A stretch of DNA of 63,242 nt, filler included, from Octopus bimaculoides (lineage: Eukaryota), in assembly GCF_001194135.2 (NCBI RefSeq). It is 6 parts of 6 records of this genome, joined end to end, with 100 filler letters (N's around TTAATTAATTAA, not from the genome) between each part and the next. Parts side by side here need not be neighbours in the genome. Positions count along the whole stretch, not along the records: positions 1 to 30,716 come from NC_068983.1; 5 more parts are not named here. The stretch is one strand, 5' to 3'. Both the position numbers and the translations under genes were made by a program. Positions 13,700 to 26,650 of this stretch are shown piece after piece. Under the pieces are notes generated by a model. That model saw only the letters and a list, made by a program, of their open reading frames with translations. It made no database searches and was not told where the DNA came from. The first letter of the stretch is position 1. Every line of letters starts with the position of its first letter.

Positions 13700-14599
13700 T
13701 CCAAAACTTTCAGATAGGGACCGTCGGACTCATAAGCGAAGTGTTAGAAAGAATCACAAATGTACAGCTCCCAAAATTACCGCTGAGCTTAATGACTACC
13801 TCGAGAACCCAGTTTCCACAAAAATAGTTCACTAGGAGCTGCACAAAGCCGGATTTCACGGGTGGGCTGCAATCAGAAAACCACTACTTTCAAAAAAAAA
13901 AAAACGTTGCAAAGCGTTTTGAGTGGAATAAAAAACCTACAGAATTGGTCCCTAGAGCAGTGGAAGAATGTTATTTTCTCAGACGAGCTATCCTTTACCT
14001 TATTTCCGACCAGCGGCTGAGTATACGTGTGGAGACAGCCAAAAGAAGCATTTGACCCAGACTACATTCTTCCAACTGTTAAACATGGAGAAGAATCTGT
14101 AATGAACTGGAGTTGGGGCTATATCTTGGAAATCCGCCGGCCCAATAGTTTCCATTCATGGCAGAATTTATAGTCGAGACAATTTAAGCATTTTATCTAA
14201 TCAAATTCATCCTATGGTTGCGGAACTGTTTCCGGAGGGAAACGCAACCTTTCAGGATGATAATGCACTAATTCGCACAGCTAAAGTTGTCACTGAATGG
14301 CACGAAGAATATTGTAGTGAAGTTGAACATCTTATCTGACCACCACAGTCCCCAGATCTCAATATTATTGAACATTTATGGTGCATTTTAGAAAAACAAG
14401 TAAGGAGTCGATATCCTCCACCATCATCACTACAAGAACTGGAGACTGTTTTAGCTGAAGAATGGACAAAAATTCCTTTGGAAACAATTCAAACTTTGTA
14501 CGAGTTCTTACCTCGTAGAAATTAACGAGTAATTACTGCCAAAGGCGGTCCTACCCCATATCAAAATAAATTTGTTTGAAATTTTAAGGTGTTCCCATT
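13700..14599 (+). mobile_element. Tc1-like DNA transposon, 5'-truncated, decayed transposase plus right end
   Basis: KLSDRDRR...AAIRKPLLS, WKNVIFSDE, TVKHG, FQDDNA...SPDLNIIEHLW, KGGPTPY; in-frame stops and a poly-A frameshift; terminal sequence matches the 57212-57320 copy. Confidence 0.92.
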
Positions 14600-14714
14600 N
14601 NNNNNNNNNATGTATGTATGTATGTATATATGTATATATGTATGTATGTATTTATGTATGTATGTATGTATGTATGTGTGTATATACATATGGATGTGCT
14701 TTTGTATCTGTGCT

Positions 14715-14880
14715 TGACTCCACAACACTGCATGACAACCGGTGTTGACATAAGAGTCCAATAGAATAAGTACTCGGCATAAGAAAAAAAATAAGTCCTA
14801 GGGTCGATTTGTTCGAGTAAAACCCTTCAAGGCCTTGCCTTAGCATGGCGATAGTCAAATGAGTGAAACGAGTAAAAGAT
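14715..14880 (+). mobile_element. SINE family A 3' domain
   Basis: gacaaccggtgttg...aatagaataagtactcggc...aagtcctagggtcgatttgttcgagtaa...agcatggcgatagtcaaatgagtgaaacgagtaaaag. Confidence 0.7.
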
Positions 14881-15319
14881 TAGAGTTGTAAAAAGCAAAT
14901 TCGGACTTTTTTTTTTTATGTGAGTCTTCTGATTTTCATTTTTCATAAATATGTTTTACACATTGCTTAATTCGAAAATCTCTGGAATAAAATTTTCCAT
15001 CTTTCATTGAAACGAAATATTACAAAATTTCAGGGTTTTTTTTTATAGATTTGATGAAGCTGCTAATAATAATTATGAAGATAACCACTATTTCATAATC
15101 GTGATCAAAATCTTCGTCGTCGTCATCATCGTCAGGTAGTAGGAGAAGAAGANNNNNNNNNNNNNNNNNNNNNNNNNNNNNNNNNNNNNNNNNNNNNNNN
15201 NNNNNNNNNNNNNNNNNNNNNNNNNNNNNNNNNNNNNNNNNNNNNNNNNNNNNNNNNNNNNNNNNNNNNNNNNNNNNNNNNNNNNNNNNNNNNNNNNNNN
15301 NNNNNNNNNNNNNNNNNNA

Positions 15320-15650
15320 TCGCGGTTTCGATTCCCAAACCGGGCGTTGTGAGTGTTTAGTGAGCGAAAACACCTAAAGTTCCACGAGGCTCCGGCAGGG
15401 GATGGTGGCGAACCCTGCTGTACTCTTCCACCACAACTTTCTCTCACTCTTTCTTCCTGCTTCTGTTGTGCCTGTAATTCAAAGGGTCAGCCTTGTCACA
15501 CTGTGTCACGCCGAATATCCCCCCGAGAACTACGTTAAGGGTACACGTGTCTGGGAAGTGCTCAGCCACTTGCACGTTAATTTCACGAGCAGGCTGTTCC
15601 GTTGATCGGATCAACTGGAACCCTCGACGTCGTAAGCGACGGAGTGCCTA
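15320..15650 (+). mobile_element. tRNA-derived SINE family B (head partly in gap)
   Basis: B-box ggtttcgattccc; near-colinear with 56130-56403; 3' body shared with 3785-4114. Confidence 0.85.
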
Positions 15651-16049
15651 GTTAGTAGAAAATATATGATCTCTAGGTTCCAAAAGGAATTATTTAAGGC
15701 ATATTTTATTCCATCATAACTACAATAATTTCAAGGTTAATTTTCCTCGCCATGCATTTTGTTCTTTGTACGAACACCATCATCACTATGACCACCACCT
15801 CTTACAGCAACATCACTAACATCACCACCAACGTCACCAATACTACCACTCCATCACTACTACTACTACTACTACTACTACTTCTGCTGCTGTTGCTGCT
15901 GCTACTGCTGCTGCCACTACTAAAACAAATTTATTTCGTCATGTTTAATCTTACTTTAAAACAAAAATATATCTTACACACTATTTTGTATCAGTAGTTA
16001 TAGCAACTGCTATTGCACTCTAGCTTCCATTCTCTGTATCTTTCTAGAC

Positions 16050-16060
16050 CTTTTTTTACA

Positions 16061-16119
<59 letters not shown>

Positions 16120-16430
16120 TTTCTCTTTCTCTCTCTCTTTCTCTTTCTTTCTCTCTCTCTCCCTCTCTCTCTACCTTTCTCCCTCTCTGCTCTTTCTCTC
16201 TTTCTCTCTCCTTTTGTCCCTCTCTGTTTCTCCCTCTCTTCTTCTCTCTCTCCCCCTCTCTCTCTGTCTGTTTGTCTCTCTGTCTTTCTCTGTGTATCTC
16301 TGCCTATCTATTTACTTACTTCTATCTATCAGTGCATCTACATATATATCTCTCTATCTATTTTGCTATCTATCTCTATCATTCTATTTATCGAATGATC
16401 GATCTTTCTATTTATCGATTTGTCTATCTG
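16050..16430. repeat. Degenerate (CT)n polypyrimidine tract
   Basis: Directly visible; source of the spurious SLSLSL ORFs. Confidence 0.9.
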
Positions 16431-16956
16431 TTTTTTTAGTTTGACTCTACCATTCGCTATTCTTTTTAATTCTTTTCTTTCTTTCTTTTTTTCCATGTTA
16501 GTCGAACACCAAAGTGCCGATTGCTTAGAATTTACACAAACATTCAGTTGACAACATGGCTTGGCGCGTTGTAATGGACATCCTTTCTATATTGTTTGCC
16601 TTCGACAACACTTCCGGCTGAAAGAAAAAAAAAGCGGTCGTTTTTATCTTCGTTGTTTCAACTAACGACCGTTACGCACATGCGCGTGCGCACACATACA
16701 TCACACGCACACAAACAGACACCAAACGCACACACACACACATACACACACGATCTCTCCCTCTCTCTTTCTCAATCTAGCACGCGCGCGCTCTTTCTCT
16801 AACCCTCTTCCTCTCCTTAAACGTTGAACAATTCGGAAGCAAACGCAAACGCTCACGTACATGTAGAGAGTTGCAGTCTTATACAAAGACAAAACAATAC
16901 ACGCGCACATGTACACACACATATCGACATACACACACACACACACTTACACACAC

Positions 16957-17009
<53 letters not shown>

Positions 17010-17364
17010 CTTTATCCTTCTATCTCCCCTTTCTAGTTGCATATGCATGGACAGTTCAAGAGTCGATTGTATATCGAACACACAGACTACAGCAACAAAG
17101 CAAGCGTTATATTCAATGAGTGTGAATATGTGCGTTTCTTTGTGTATGCACCAGTACACGTGCACATATACCACTGCATATATACGTGAGTGTAAGCACA
17201 AAAAAAAAAACGTACGTGCTTATATGCATGCATCTTTGTATGCAAATGTATATGGGTATACACATACATGCATAAACACACACGCATATATGTTTACGTA
17301 TGTACGTACGTACCTATGTATGTATGTATGTATGTATGTATGTGTATATGTATGTATGTATGTA

Positions 17365-17400
<36 letters not shown>

Positions 17401-17577
17401 NNNNNNNNNNNNNNNNNNNNNNNNNNNNNNNNNNNNNNNNNNNNNNNNNNNNNNNNNNNNNNNNNNNNNNNNNNNNNNNNNNNNNNNNNNNNNNNNNNNN
17501 NNNNNNNNNNNNNNNNNNNNNNNNNNNNNNNNNNNNNNNNNNNNNNNNNNNNNNNNNNNNNNNNNNNNNNNNNNNNN

Positions 17578-17617
<40 letters not shown>

Positions 17618-17626
17618 GTGTATAGA

Positions 17627-17860
17627 AGGCGCGTGGATCAGTGGTTAGGGCGTCGGACTCATGATCGTAAAATTGTGGTTTCGATTCCTGTATCAGGCAG
17701 TGCGTTGTGTTTTTGAGCAAAGCACTTCAACTTTTGTTGCTCCAGTCCACTCAGCTGATAATGCGTATTCCTGCGACGGACAGGCGTCCCATCCAAGTGG
17801 AGAATATATACGCCACAGAAGCTAACCTTATGAATCAATATGACTCGGGAAGGATCTCTA
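17627..17860 (+). mobile_element. tRNA-derived SINE family C
   Basis: A-box gtggatcagtggttagg, B-box ggtttcgattcc; body ctgcgacggacaggcgtcccatcca...tatacgcca shared with the reverse complement of 62843-62960. Confidence 0.8.
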
Positions 17861-17868
17861 TCCCCTTT

Positions 17869-17908
<40 letters not shown>

Positions 17909-18706
17909 CACAGATGAGATCAAGATATTCTCCGTATAGAATATACTTAATAGTGCTCAAGAGATTTAAACTTGAGAGCGCCGAGCCCCCAGAAACAGCT
18001 GTTGGACTTGTAATACTCTTCCTCCACCCCTTTAATTCTCTATTTCATTTGTATTCTGTTTAAGTCGGACCTTTTGGTATACATATATACACATTGTTTT
18101 GTATTTCATGTATTTAATACACTTTATACATTGATCTAATTTGCTTATCCCTACATCTACTTCCGTACATTAATACACGCACACACACGTGTGTGTGTGC
18201 GTGCGTGTATTAATATACGGAATATATATAAGCATATGCATATATAAAAACCATGCAGCATTGAAACTTTGAAATATATAAAATTATGCAAAATTTCTCT
18301 TTGTCCATTTACTTTATCCATTTATTTATCTCCCCAGTTTGCTCTTATTTACACACTCATACATCATATATGTATGTGTGCATTTATCATTTCTAACTGA
18401 TGATTTATTATTACAAAACTGCATATTTAACATCAGAAAAATTCCGAACTCTCAGTCGCGTCTTTAGTGATGTGGTAACAGAAATATTGACTCACGTAGT
18501 TTACGTTGTTGAAAGTAAAAAGGTTAAACATTGCAAAATAACAAATGCTTAATTAGTGCGCTTACGTCTTTCCAAAGATTCCATTGTAAATACAGAAGGG
18601 AACATCTGTTATAAAATGATGTTTTTGAATTTCAATAAGATTAATTGTCAGTCCTTTGACGAACTATTTGTCTACAGAATTTTCCTTTTAATTTCATATT
18701 TTCTAG

Positions 18707-18778
18707 CATTAAACAACGTGGAGATAAGTATTTATTTGGACAGGGAATCTGTGCAAGTGATTTTCTCATGAAAAGAAC
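18707..18778 (+). CDS. Candidate 72-nt internal coding exon of an unidentified gene (phase 2-2)
   Basis: Acceptor aatttcatattttctAG, donor GTGAGT, open frame IKQRGDKYLFGQGICASDFLMKR. No homology recognised. Confidence 0.3.
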
Positions 18779-19728
18779 GTGAGTGATGAAAGCCAATGAA
18801 ACAGCCGTCTCTTTTATAATTATGCCACTGATTATAGTGATGATCGATAACAACTTGCAATAAGAAGATATGGCATCATGTAAATGGCTGTTCAAAGCTA
18901 AGAGGTTTTTTACGATACAATTTAGATCATGTGTGCTGTTTCAATCACCAAATTTTTGATATACAGATAAAACTTGAAAACAGATAATGATCTGCGTTGA
19001 GAAAATGGTTTATAAAATTCGTAGAATTAAGATAAGTTCGTGTTCTGTGAAGTGAGGTAAGTTCTGGAGTTTACGTTCATAACGTTTCTTTTGAATATTG
19101 TGAAAGTTATAACTTTTCATTTTTATCTTTTATGTACTTTAGGGGTTATGTCAACGACCTGATCTGACTCTCGTCAAATTGAATGCTGTGTGTGTCGAAA
19201 AGCCGAAAGCACCAGTAAAGATATGGTTAATCTAAGACGTGAAAAAAATCTAACTTCAGATTACTCCAAATATCCTAGAAGATAGCTTACAGTAATGAAG
19301 TGTATTGCATCATGAACAAGCCAATGAAGAAGCCTCTACGTGGTTGTTTGGCTGCTAAAAATAATATCTAAATTTTTCTCAAATCACAGCCTACCGTCTT
19401 CGAAATTAGCAAAAACAGCCTGCATTGAAATATAACACACTGACAGTGATGTTTCAATGCAAATAGAGTATAATTATGATTCAAATGCTTTCTAGAATAT
19501 CATCGCGTCAAGTGAAAATTGAAAGCGAAAATAGATCATCGAAATCTTAAATCGTTACAGAATTTACTCTGTTGTTCTTGGTCACTATATTAGTAATGTG
19601 CGCTGTGTAACAAGAGTTTAGCTAAAAGTAGTTTCGATTCCAAAGACTTTGCCGATTCTTCACTGAAGATGTTTCATTTCACTCATGTAAATTATGGCCT
19701 TGGAAAATACATGAACATTACAACATAT

Positions 19729-19824
<96 letters not shown>

Positions 19825-21569
19825 GAGCTTCTGCATTGTTGCTTATCCTGCTAGAAATATAACAGCTAAATTTTCCTTGAAGGTCACCCATCTTAAAGAA
19901 AGTGAATTACACATAAGTCAACGTTGTCCTTAAACAAGCAGAATAGTGACGGTTAGAATATTTTTGAACATAGATGTGCTCTGTCAGAGTTGATCTGTAA
20001 ACGACATCAACATAGCCGTTTCATTGCTACCGTAATCTAATTAAAAGTTTTAACATTAACACAAGATCTAAATTAATAGATATGATGCATAACAGATTGA
20101 ATCAACAAGCATCTAATTGCCTGAACACTACTGAGGACATATGGTTGACATCAACAAACTGCCACAACTCACGGTAAATTAAGCTGAGTAGGTAAAATAT
20201 GGTTATTAAAGATGGAGAAGAAAATGCAACTTCACGTCATACTTCACATCTCGTGGGAGATGAATAATGGCAATGAATTCTCATTGCGAACTGGAGGTTT
20301 GTAAAAAGACTCGATCCGATCCCAACTCTAAGCGCTAACAAATTACCTACTGACGGTAAAACTTAAAATGACCTCCTTTGTTACTTGGTTAAAGATCAGC
20401 CGTACATATTGTATAGATGAGCCATTTAGGTAGTGTGCACGAGTTGACTTGCTACAAATAATAGCAAAAGTACCTTAAAAATCACAACCCACTGTCCTAG
20501 GAAGAAGTAAAACCATACAAGATAATGTAGCCCTAGAAACACCAATGTCAATAGTTGAAATGCTTTTGTTCATAGGTTTGCTCAGTTAAGGTTGACTTTG
20601 CAGTAAAAAAACGAAGAACAGTAAATTTAGAAGTTTGATATTAGAGTAAACCTTTAATTTCCGATCTCCTCAGTTGTCAGTGGTTTTCTTATGGTTCAAT
20701 ATTACTTCACTCAGCCTAACTTATTTATAATGAACCTTCTGGAGAAAACTAGAACACAAGAACCGAGCGTCCGGCAAGTTTTAGTAAAGCAATTTCCATT
20801 CAGAATATGCTTTACTTCTAGATTTGATAGGCCAAATGTTATTTTCAACTTAAGAAGTTGAACTTCCTTTGAGTTTGGTGCACTAATCTGAAAAGAGCCT
20901 ATTTCTGACTAGTATTTTTAGAAAAGGAAATGAAAGACAGTAGGCTCACCGACTTTACCGGGAACATTGAAAACAATGAACGAAGAGAGTAATTTCTCAT
21001 CGAGAATTGAAAAATCTACAAACCAGCGCTCATCACTAATTGTAATGTTAATCGTAATGAAATGTTTTGGCGATTAAATTCATTACAGTTTTCTAAAAAT
21101 CATTTCATAGATTCCTGTGGTGTAAATTATTGTCAAAAAAAATTTTCTTTAGTGATAATCTTATATATATATCAATACATTATTGTTATGGATTTCTTAA
21201 ATAACTAAAATTATATGGAAGCGATGGTTCGTTTTTGACATTGTCGCAACACTGTTTTAGTTAATTTATTAAAGATTATTTTTATATTTGTTTGCATATA
21301 GATATTGTAAATATGACGTATAATACAAAAAGAAGAGGATTAGCAAGCAGCAGTTACTAATAAAGTTGGAAAGGGATTGATAAAACAATAAGGCAACATG
21401 AAGCGGTATGTATGTATAGGGTTACATATTGCTAGACAATAGAAAATCTTTGCATAAAACAATCGTTTCGGCAGCTTCACTCATTACTTCCACATTGCTA
21501 CATCAAATTCGCACACTCACACATAAACACAAACACAAGCGCACAGATATATACCCACATACATACAAG

Positions 21570-21680
21570 TACATACACACAAGTACATACATACATACAG
21601 ACGGACGGACGGACGGACGGACGGACGGACGGGCGGGCGGACGGACAGACGGACAGACAGACAAACAGACAGACAGACAA

Positions 21681-21742
<62 letters not shown>
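21570..21742. repeat. Compound tetranucleotide microsatellite (TACA)>(GACG)>(GACA)>(GATA)
   Basis: Directly visible stepwise change of unit. Confidence 0.95.
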
Positions 21743-22704
21743 GTAAATACTCAGGATCGATGTTACAATACAATGTGCAGTGGTAAAATGAAAATTTTAA
21801 AAAAGCAGTGAAAAATAAAACATCACTAAATGAAGCAAATAGAGTTTGTGTGTTATGTTTGTGTGTTATGTTTGTGTGTATGTGTAATTAGTTAATCCTG
21901 TAGAAGTCATTGCTCTTAGTCTTCTTAAGTTATTCTAGGTTCGGAGATAAGGAAAACTGAGTGAGTTTAATTGACATTGTCCTTATCAATCTGACGAGTT
22001 TTTAAATCTCTGTTCTTACTGGCTTCTAGGCAAATCAAGAATATTAACATATTAGTGTCTATTGAATCTTAAACGCTGTATTATAGAAGCTAAAACCTTG
22101 TACTGCTCATAGGATTAAGTTGTTGCCCAGCACAGTTCCAGTCTAGCGTTGTCCCTCCAAAAGAAATCGTCTGCTGATATACAGAGGTCAATATATTTGG
22201 AGCCAGCGATATTCCGAGCAATAAAAATAAGATCGCGTCATTTTATCTTGTTGTCCTGCACCTGATTTACGGGGTGAGTACTAAATATGTACTGAAACAG
22301 TAGGTTATACACCGATCAACTTCGTAGCACTTAACAAACATTACACTGAAAGCTTACACTTATGTCCGTTCAAGAAATATCGAAGTGGAATAATAAAAGA
22401 AAAACGTAAAGCCTTTAACATTTTGACTTATGGCATACATACATACATCAATGTTTTCAATATGAACATCAATAATATCATCAAAATCATCATTGTCATC
22501 GTCGTGGTTGTCATTGTAGCTGTCATTGTCGTTGTCATTGTTATTGTCGTCATCATCATAATCGTCATCATCATTGCCATCAACATCGATAATATTTCAT
22601 TATGATCGCTATCATTCGCACTACAACTGGTAACAAAAAAGAGCAAACACTCACTGATCATCACAGATTGTGCTGCCGACACAATCACAAAACGTATATA
22701 TATA

Positions 22705-22744
<40 letters not shown>

Positions 22745-22799
22745 GCATTTATGTACACACAAATGTATGTTTGTGTGTGTGCGCATGCGTGCGCGTGCT

Positions 22800-23360
22800 A
22801 TTCCATCTATCACAATATTGTTAGCCTTCATATTTGAGAGTGGTGAAGCTGAAAAAGTACCTCGTTTTTTTTCAAATTAATTTGTTGGCCGAATTCACGC
22901 GCAGACATAGCTAGTGTGAAGGAAATTTCTTGCATGTCATCTGCTAGTATTAGTTCACGAATGCTACAGAGTCTTGTCTTTGAATTTGATTTCAGTTTGG
23001 ACAGGTCAAATTGTTTAGCACCATGTCTTGTCAGTAGCAATACACCCTTTTCTATGTTATTAAACGTATCTTCGATAACAACAGAAATATATATACTGAA
23101 GCTGTCAGGAGCCAACGCACTTTCTTGCTTAATGCTGTTTGTAACTTCGAATGAGTCAGACATTTCATTGTCCATGCTGACATTAACGTTCATACTCTGA
23201 TGAAAAATCATTGGAAGTTCAATAAATTTATGAGAACACCTTTAGTCTCTCATGACCTTCCATAACTTATCCCTGTTCACAGTGTGATGAGAAGTGCATG
23301 GACCAGAATACGCCAATGTATGCTGTCTTCACTGATTTTAAGAAAAATATTTCACATACA
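22800..23360 (-). mobile_element. RTE-clade LINE reverse transcriptase fragment
   Basis: HTVNRDKLWKV...SDSFEVTNSIKQESALAPDSFSIY...FDLSKLKSNSKTR...IRELILADD matches RTE RT motifs (GVKQGCVLAP, FNLRRL, ELLFADD). Confidence 0.88.
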
Positions 23361-23393
23361 CACGTACGTATATATACACACACAAATGCACTT

Positions 23394-23442
<49 letters not shown>

Positions 23443-23599
23443 CGCACACATACACACCCATACATGTGCTATCAATCTACATTTGTATTTGTATAAATGT
23501 GTTTATGTGTGTATGCGAATGCATATGTGTGCACCTACTGGGCGTAGGTACATCGATGAACATCAGCAATTACTAGTCAAGCAAATTTAAAATGTCTAA

Positions 23600-23935
23600 C
23601 CTTCTCACTGCCGATAGCATGAAATAACGTAAATGTATATTTAAAGGTCAGTTATTAGTACAAAAATTCCTTCCGCTACTGACAATTTGGAATTAGCAAA
23701 CGAAACATGGCCTCTGGAAATGTTTATGATATTGACTCCGTTTCTTCAAATGAGGGAACTGAGTAAAAGAAACATATTGGACTGTGCAAAAGCGAATTTT
23801 AAAAGAATGGCGTTAACCACCAGTCGTCTTCCAGGAACGTAGACGAAAAAAAGAAAAGCACGACGCTAGCAAGCCATATCTGGATCCTAAAGGATAGAAA
23901 TATACCATACATCATAAAGTGAAGCGTTGGGCAGC
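23600..23935 (+). mobile_element. Penelope-like element GIY-YIG endonuclease remnant
   Basis: Broken frames give KHIGLCKSEF*...NHQSSSR...KSTTLASHIWILKDRNIPYIIK, the YIG..E..FK.R..NH..SF...ST.LS.HIW.LK signature of Penelope endonucleases. Confidence 0.75.
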
Positions 23936-24539
23936 AGGTTTAATGTTGTCATCTGGTTTTTAACACTATTATCTGACTGAGGTTTGGATGCCTTTAGCAG
24001 GTTCCACTCATTTGGAAACAGTCGGAACACTTGCCTATTTCAAGGATACTTTCTTTTTCCCTCTTACAAGTCTCAGAGTCTCTGTAATGTGTCATGGACA
24101 CAATCTTTCTTTTCTGAATAAAATATTAAAATAAATTACCCAATTTGCTAAGCTGAATATGTTCTTACCATGAATCGTGAGTGCCGCAGAATGTGCTGCA
24201 GACTATAGGTAAGCTGTGGCTGAGATGCATTAAATCTGGTGAAAATCCTCTCTGTTTACTTACACTGTTGTTGTTGCTTAGTCCTTGGTCAACCCTGACC
24301 TAACAGACCTATGATCAATGATATTTCACCTTGACCATACCATTATTCCACACAAACTGAATCTAGGTACACATCATCCACGTTGTGGTTTCAAGAATAT
24401 CTGTTAATACCATTGGAAATGATATAAAAATGAAGACTACCATCTTTTCATCACCTCAAACGGAAAAGATTTTATTTCAATTAATGAAGAAACTAGCAGT
24501 TATCAAGAATAAGTAATACCAACACTGAATAATTGACAA

Positions 24540-24700
24540 GTGTTGATAATCTTCTCCAGTATGTAATTTCTTGACGATGAATGGGTTTCATTGCTAAAGA
24601 AAAATTTACTCTAAGGTCGAACTCTCTTTTCATCATAGGATAAGGAAGTTTCCTTTTCGTTGGGAATTGAAGCAAACTAACAATTTTTCAAATACTGAGA
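24540..24700 (-). pseudogene. Possible Helitron/Pif1-type helicase C-terminal remnant
   Basis: KLPYPMMKREFDLRVNFSLAMKPIHRQ resembles the LPF..KR.QFP.RLAFAMTINKSQ motif of Pif1/Helitron helicases; short and decayed. Confidence 0.45.
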
Positions 24701-25988
24701 AGCTGGGATTAGACATAGCTGACTGGATTTCTCCGCCTAAATCTGTAGTTTTGAGCCTATTTTAAATATTATTACTCAACAGAGGCGAAGTGGGTGGAAG
24801 GCAGAATTGGAAAAGTAGCAGACTGAGCGTTGCAGTATTTAATCACGCTACTTTTCGTTCTCACTTCATATTCCAAGAAGGTTATTTTTACCTTTCATCT
24901 TTCTGGGATTGATATAAAATATGTACCATCAAACAGTGGATTCGATATAATCGACTGTCCCTCATCTCTCAAAATTTGCGGCCTTTTACCTACGTTGGAA
25001 ATCAATATTATATGCAGGTGAAATTTTCATTTTGTGTCTTTACAACGCAATGTACTATCCGACACACCTCATAATTCCTATCTGGGTGTTCTCGAGAATG
25101 CCCATATAAAGATGAGTAAAACAAAAAGAAAAAAATGGAGGGGGAGGAGAATGCTTCAGCCCTCTACCTCTCCTCGTTCTTTCTCATTTCTCACCATATC
25201 TGAATACAATCAATTGCACGTTTTGCTAGAGATGTATGTATTTTTAAAGCAAAAATGTTTGATGTTCAAATATATAGTTCAATAATGTGACTTTTAAATC
25301 GATTGCCAATGGAACTGCAGTTAAATATATAACCCTTCAGAGCATGGATGATATAGTAATTTAAAAGAATATACCTCTACCACGACAAACAGTGAAATTG
25401 AATCTAACACCAGAGCTATTTTTATTACTCTAAATGACACACGTAGAAATGTTAGACTGAAGGTATTTTATCTATCAGCAGTGAAAGATTTATTGAGTGA
25501 CATTATATGGAAACGAACTAACATAAGCAAACATCTCCACTTCTCTCCCTCTCTATACACTCACTCACACACCGAAAGAGAAAGATAAATACACATACAT
25601 TCGTACAAACACACAAATATCTTTGTGAGTATGTATGTAGAAACTAATGTGTCCAACATATATATAAAGATTCCATGCTGCTAGCTCCATGCAGAGTTAT
25701 CGTCAGTAAGTATAGGCATAAGATTATGGGAGGTTTGGAATTATAGTTAATGCACAGAGACATACATAAGCATATAAAGATCAGCGTCAACCTCACTACT
25801 ATTCTTTTAAAAGTGTATATCTAGCTTTGTCGCATTTTTTTACGGCGTACATTTACTTTCAATATATATACTCATATACACATACATACATACAGTACAC
25901 ATATAGAAATACACATATAAATAGATAGATACACAAATAGATAGACAAATACATAGACAGACATACAGACAGTTATAGATGTGTGTGT

Positions 25989-26032
<44 letters not shown>

Positions 26033-26567
26033 TCATAACTCACTTTAATATTTATATTTTATTTTGGTACAATTTTATTTTATTTAGTTTTTGTACGGAT
26101 TTGCTAAATAAGCACACACATACAGACACACACGGATATATATTTACATATATACACGCTTACATACGTACATACACGCATATATATATATGCATACACA
26201 TACATACGTATACTTATATACATATATACATACATACAGATAAATTTATAGACATATACACACACGCACATATATATATATGCATATATAAAGACACCTA
26301 CATATACATACATATATATATATACACATACGGATCTTGTTCAAAACGGGGGCACCAGTTTTCATTTATGTTTTATGTAGTGTTTTTGGTACCGAAAGAC
26401 TTTCAAACTTCGTATACTTATCTATTTTGTGTTATAGAACAGTAAAAAATGTTTGTATTCGAATTTATTTCATGTAAAAAATTGTCTTATTTCGATAATT
26501 TCTACTAATCACTGACGTCTATTCAGTTGAAAACAGTTAGCGCTGTAACGGTGTATATCGTATTAAT

Positions 26568-26650
26568 CCCCTAACCCTAACTCTAACCCTAACTAGACTG
26601 TTAACCCTAACCCTAACCCTAACCCTAACCCTAAAACTAACCCTAACTCT
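26568..26650. repeat. Interstitial degenerate (CCCTAA)n telomere-like array
   Basis: About 10 perfect or variant CCCTAA units (CTCTAA, AACTAA) interrupted by agactgtt. Confidence 0.85.
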
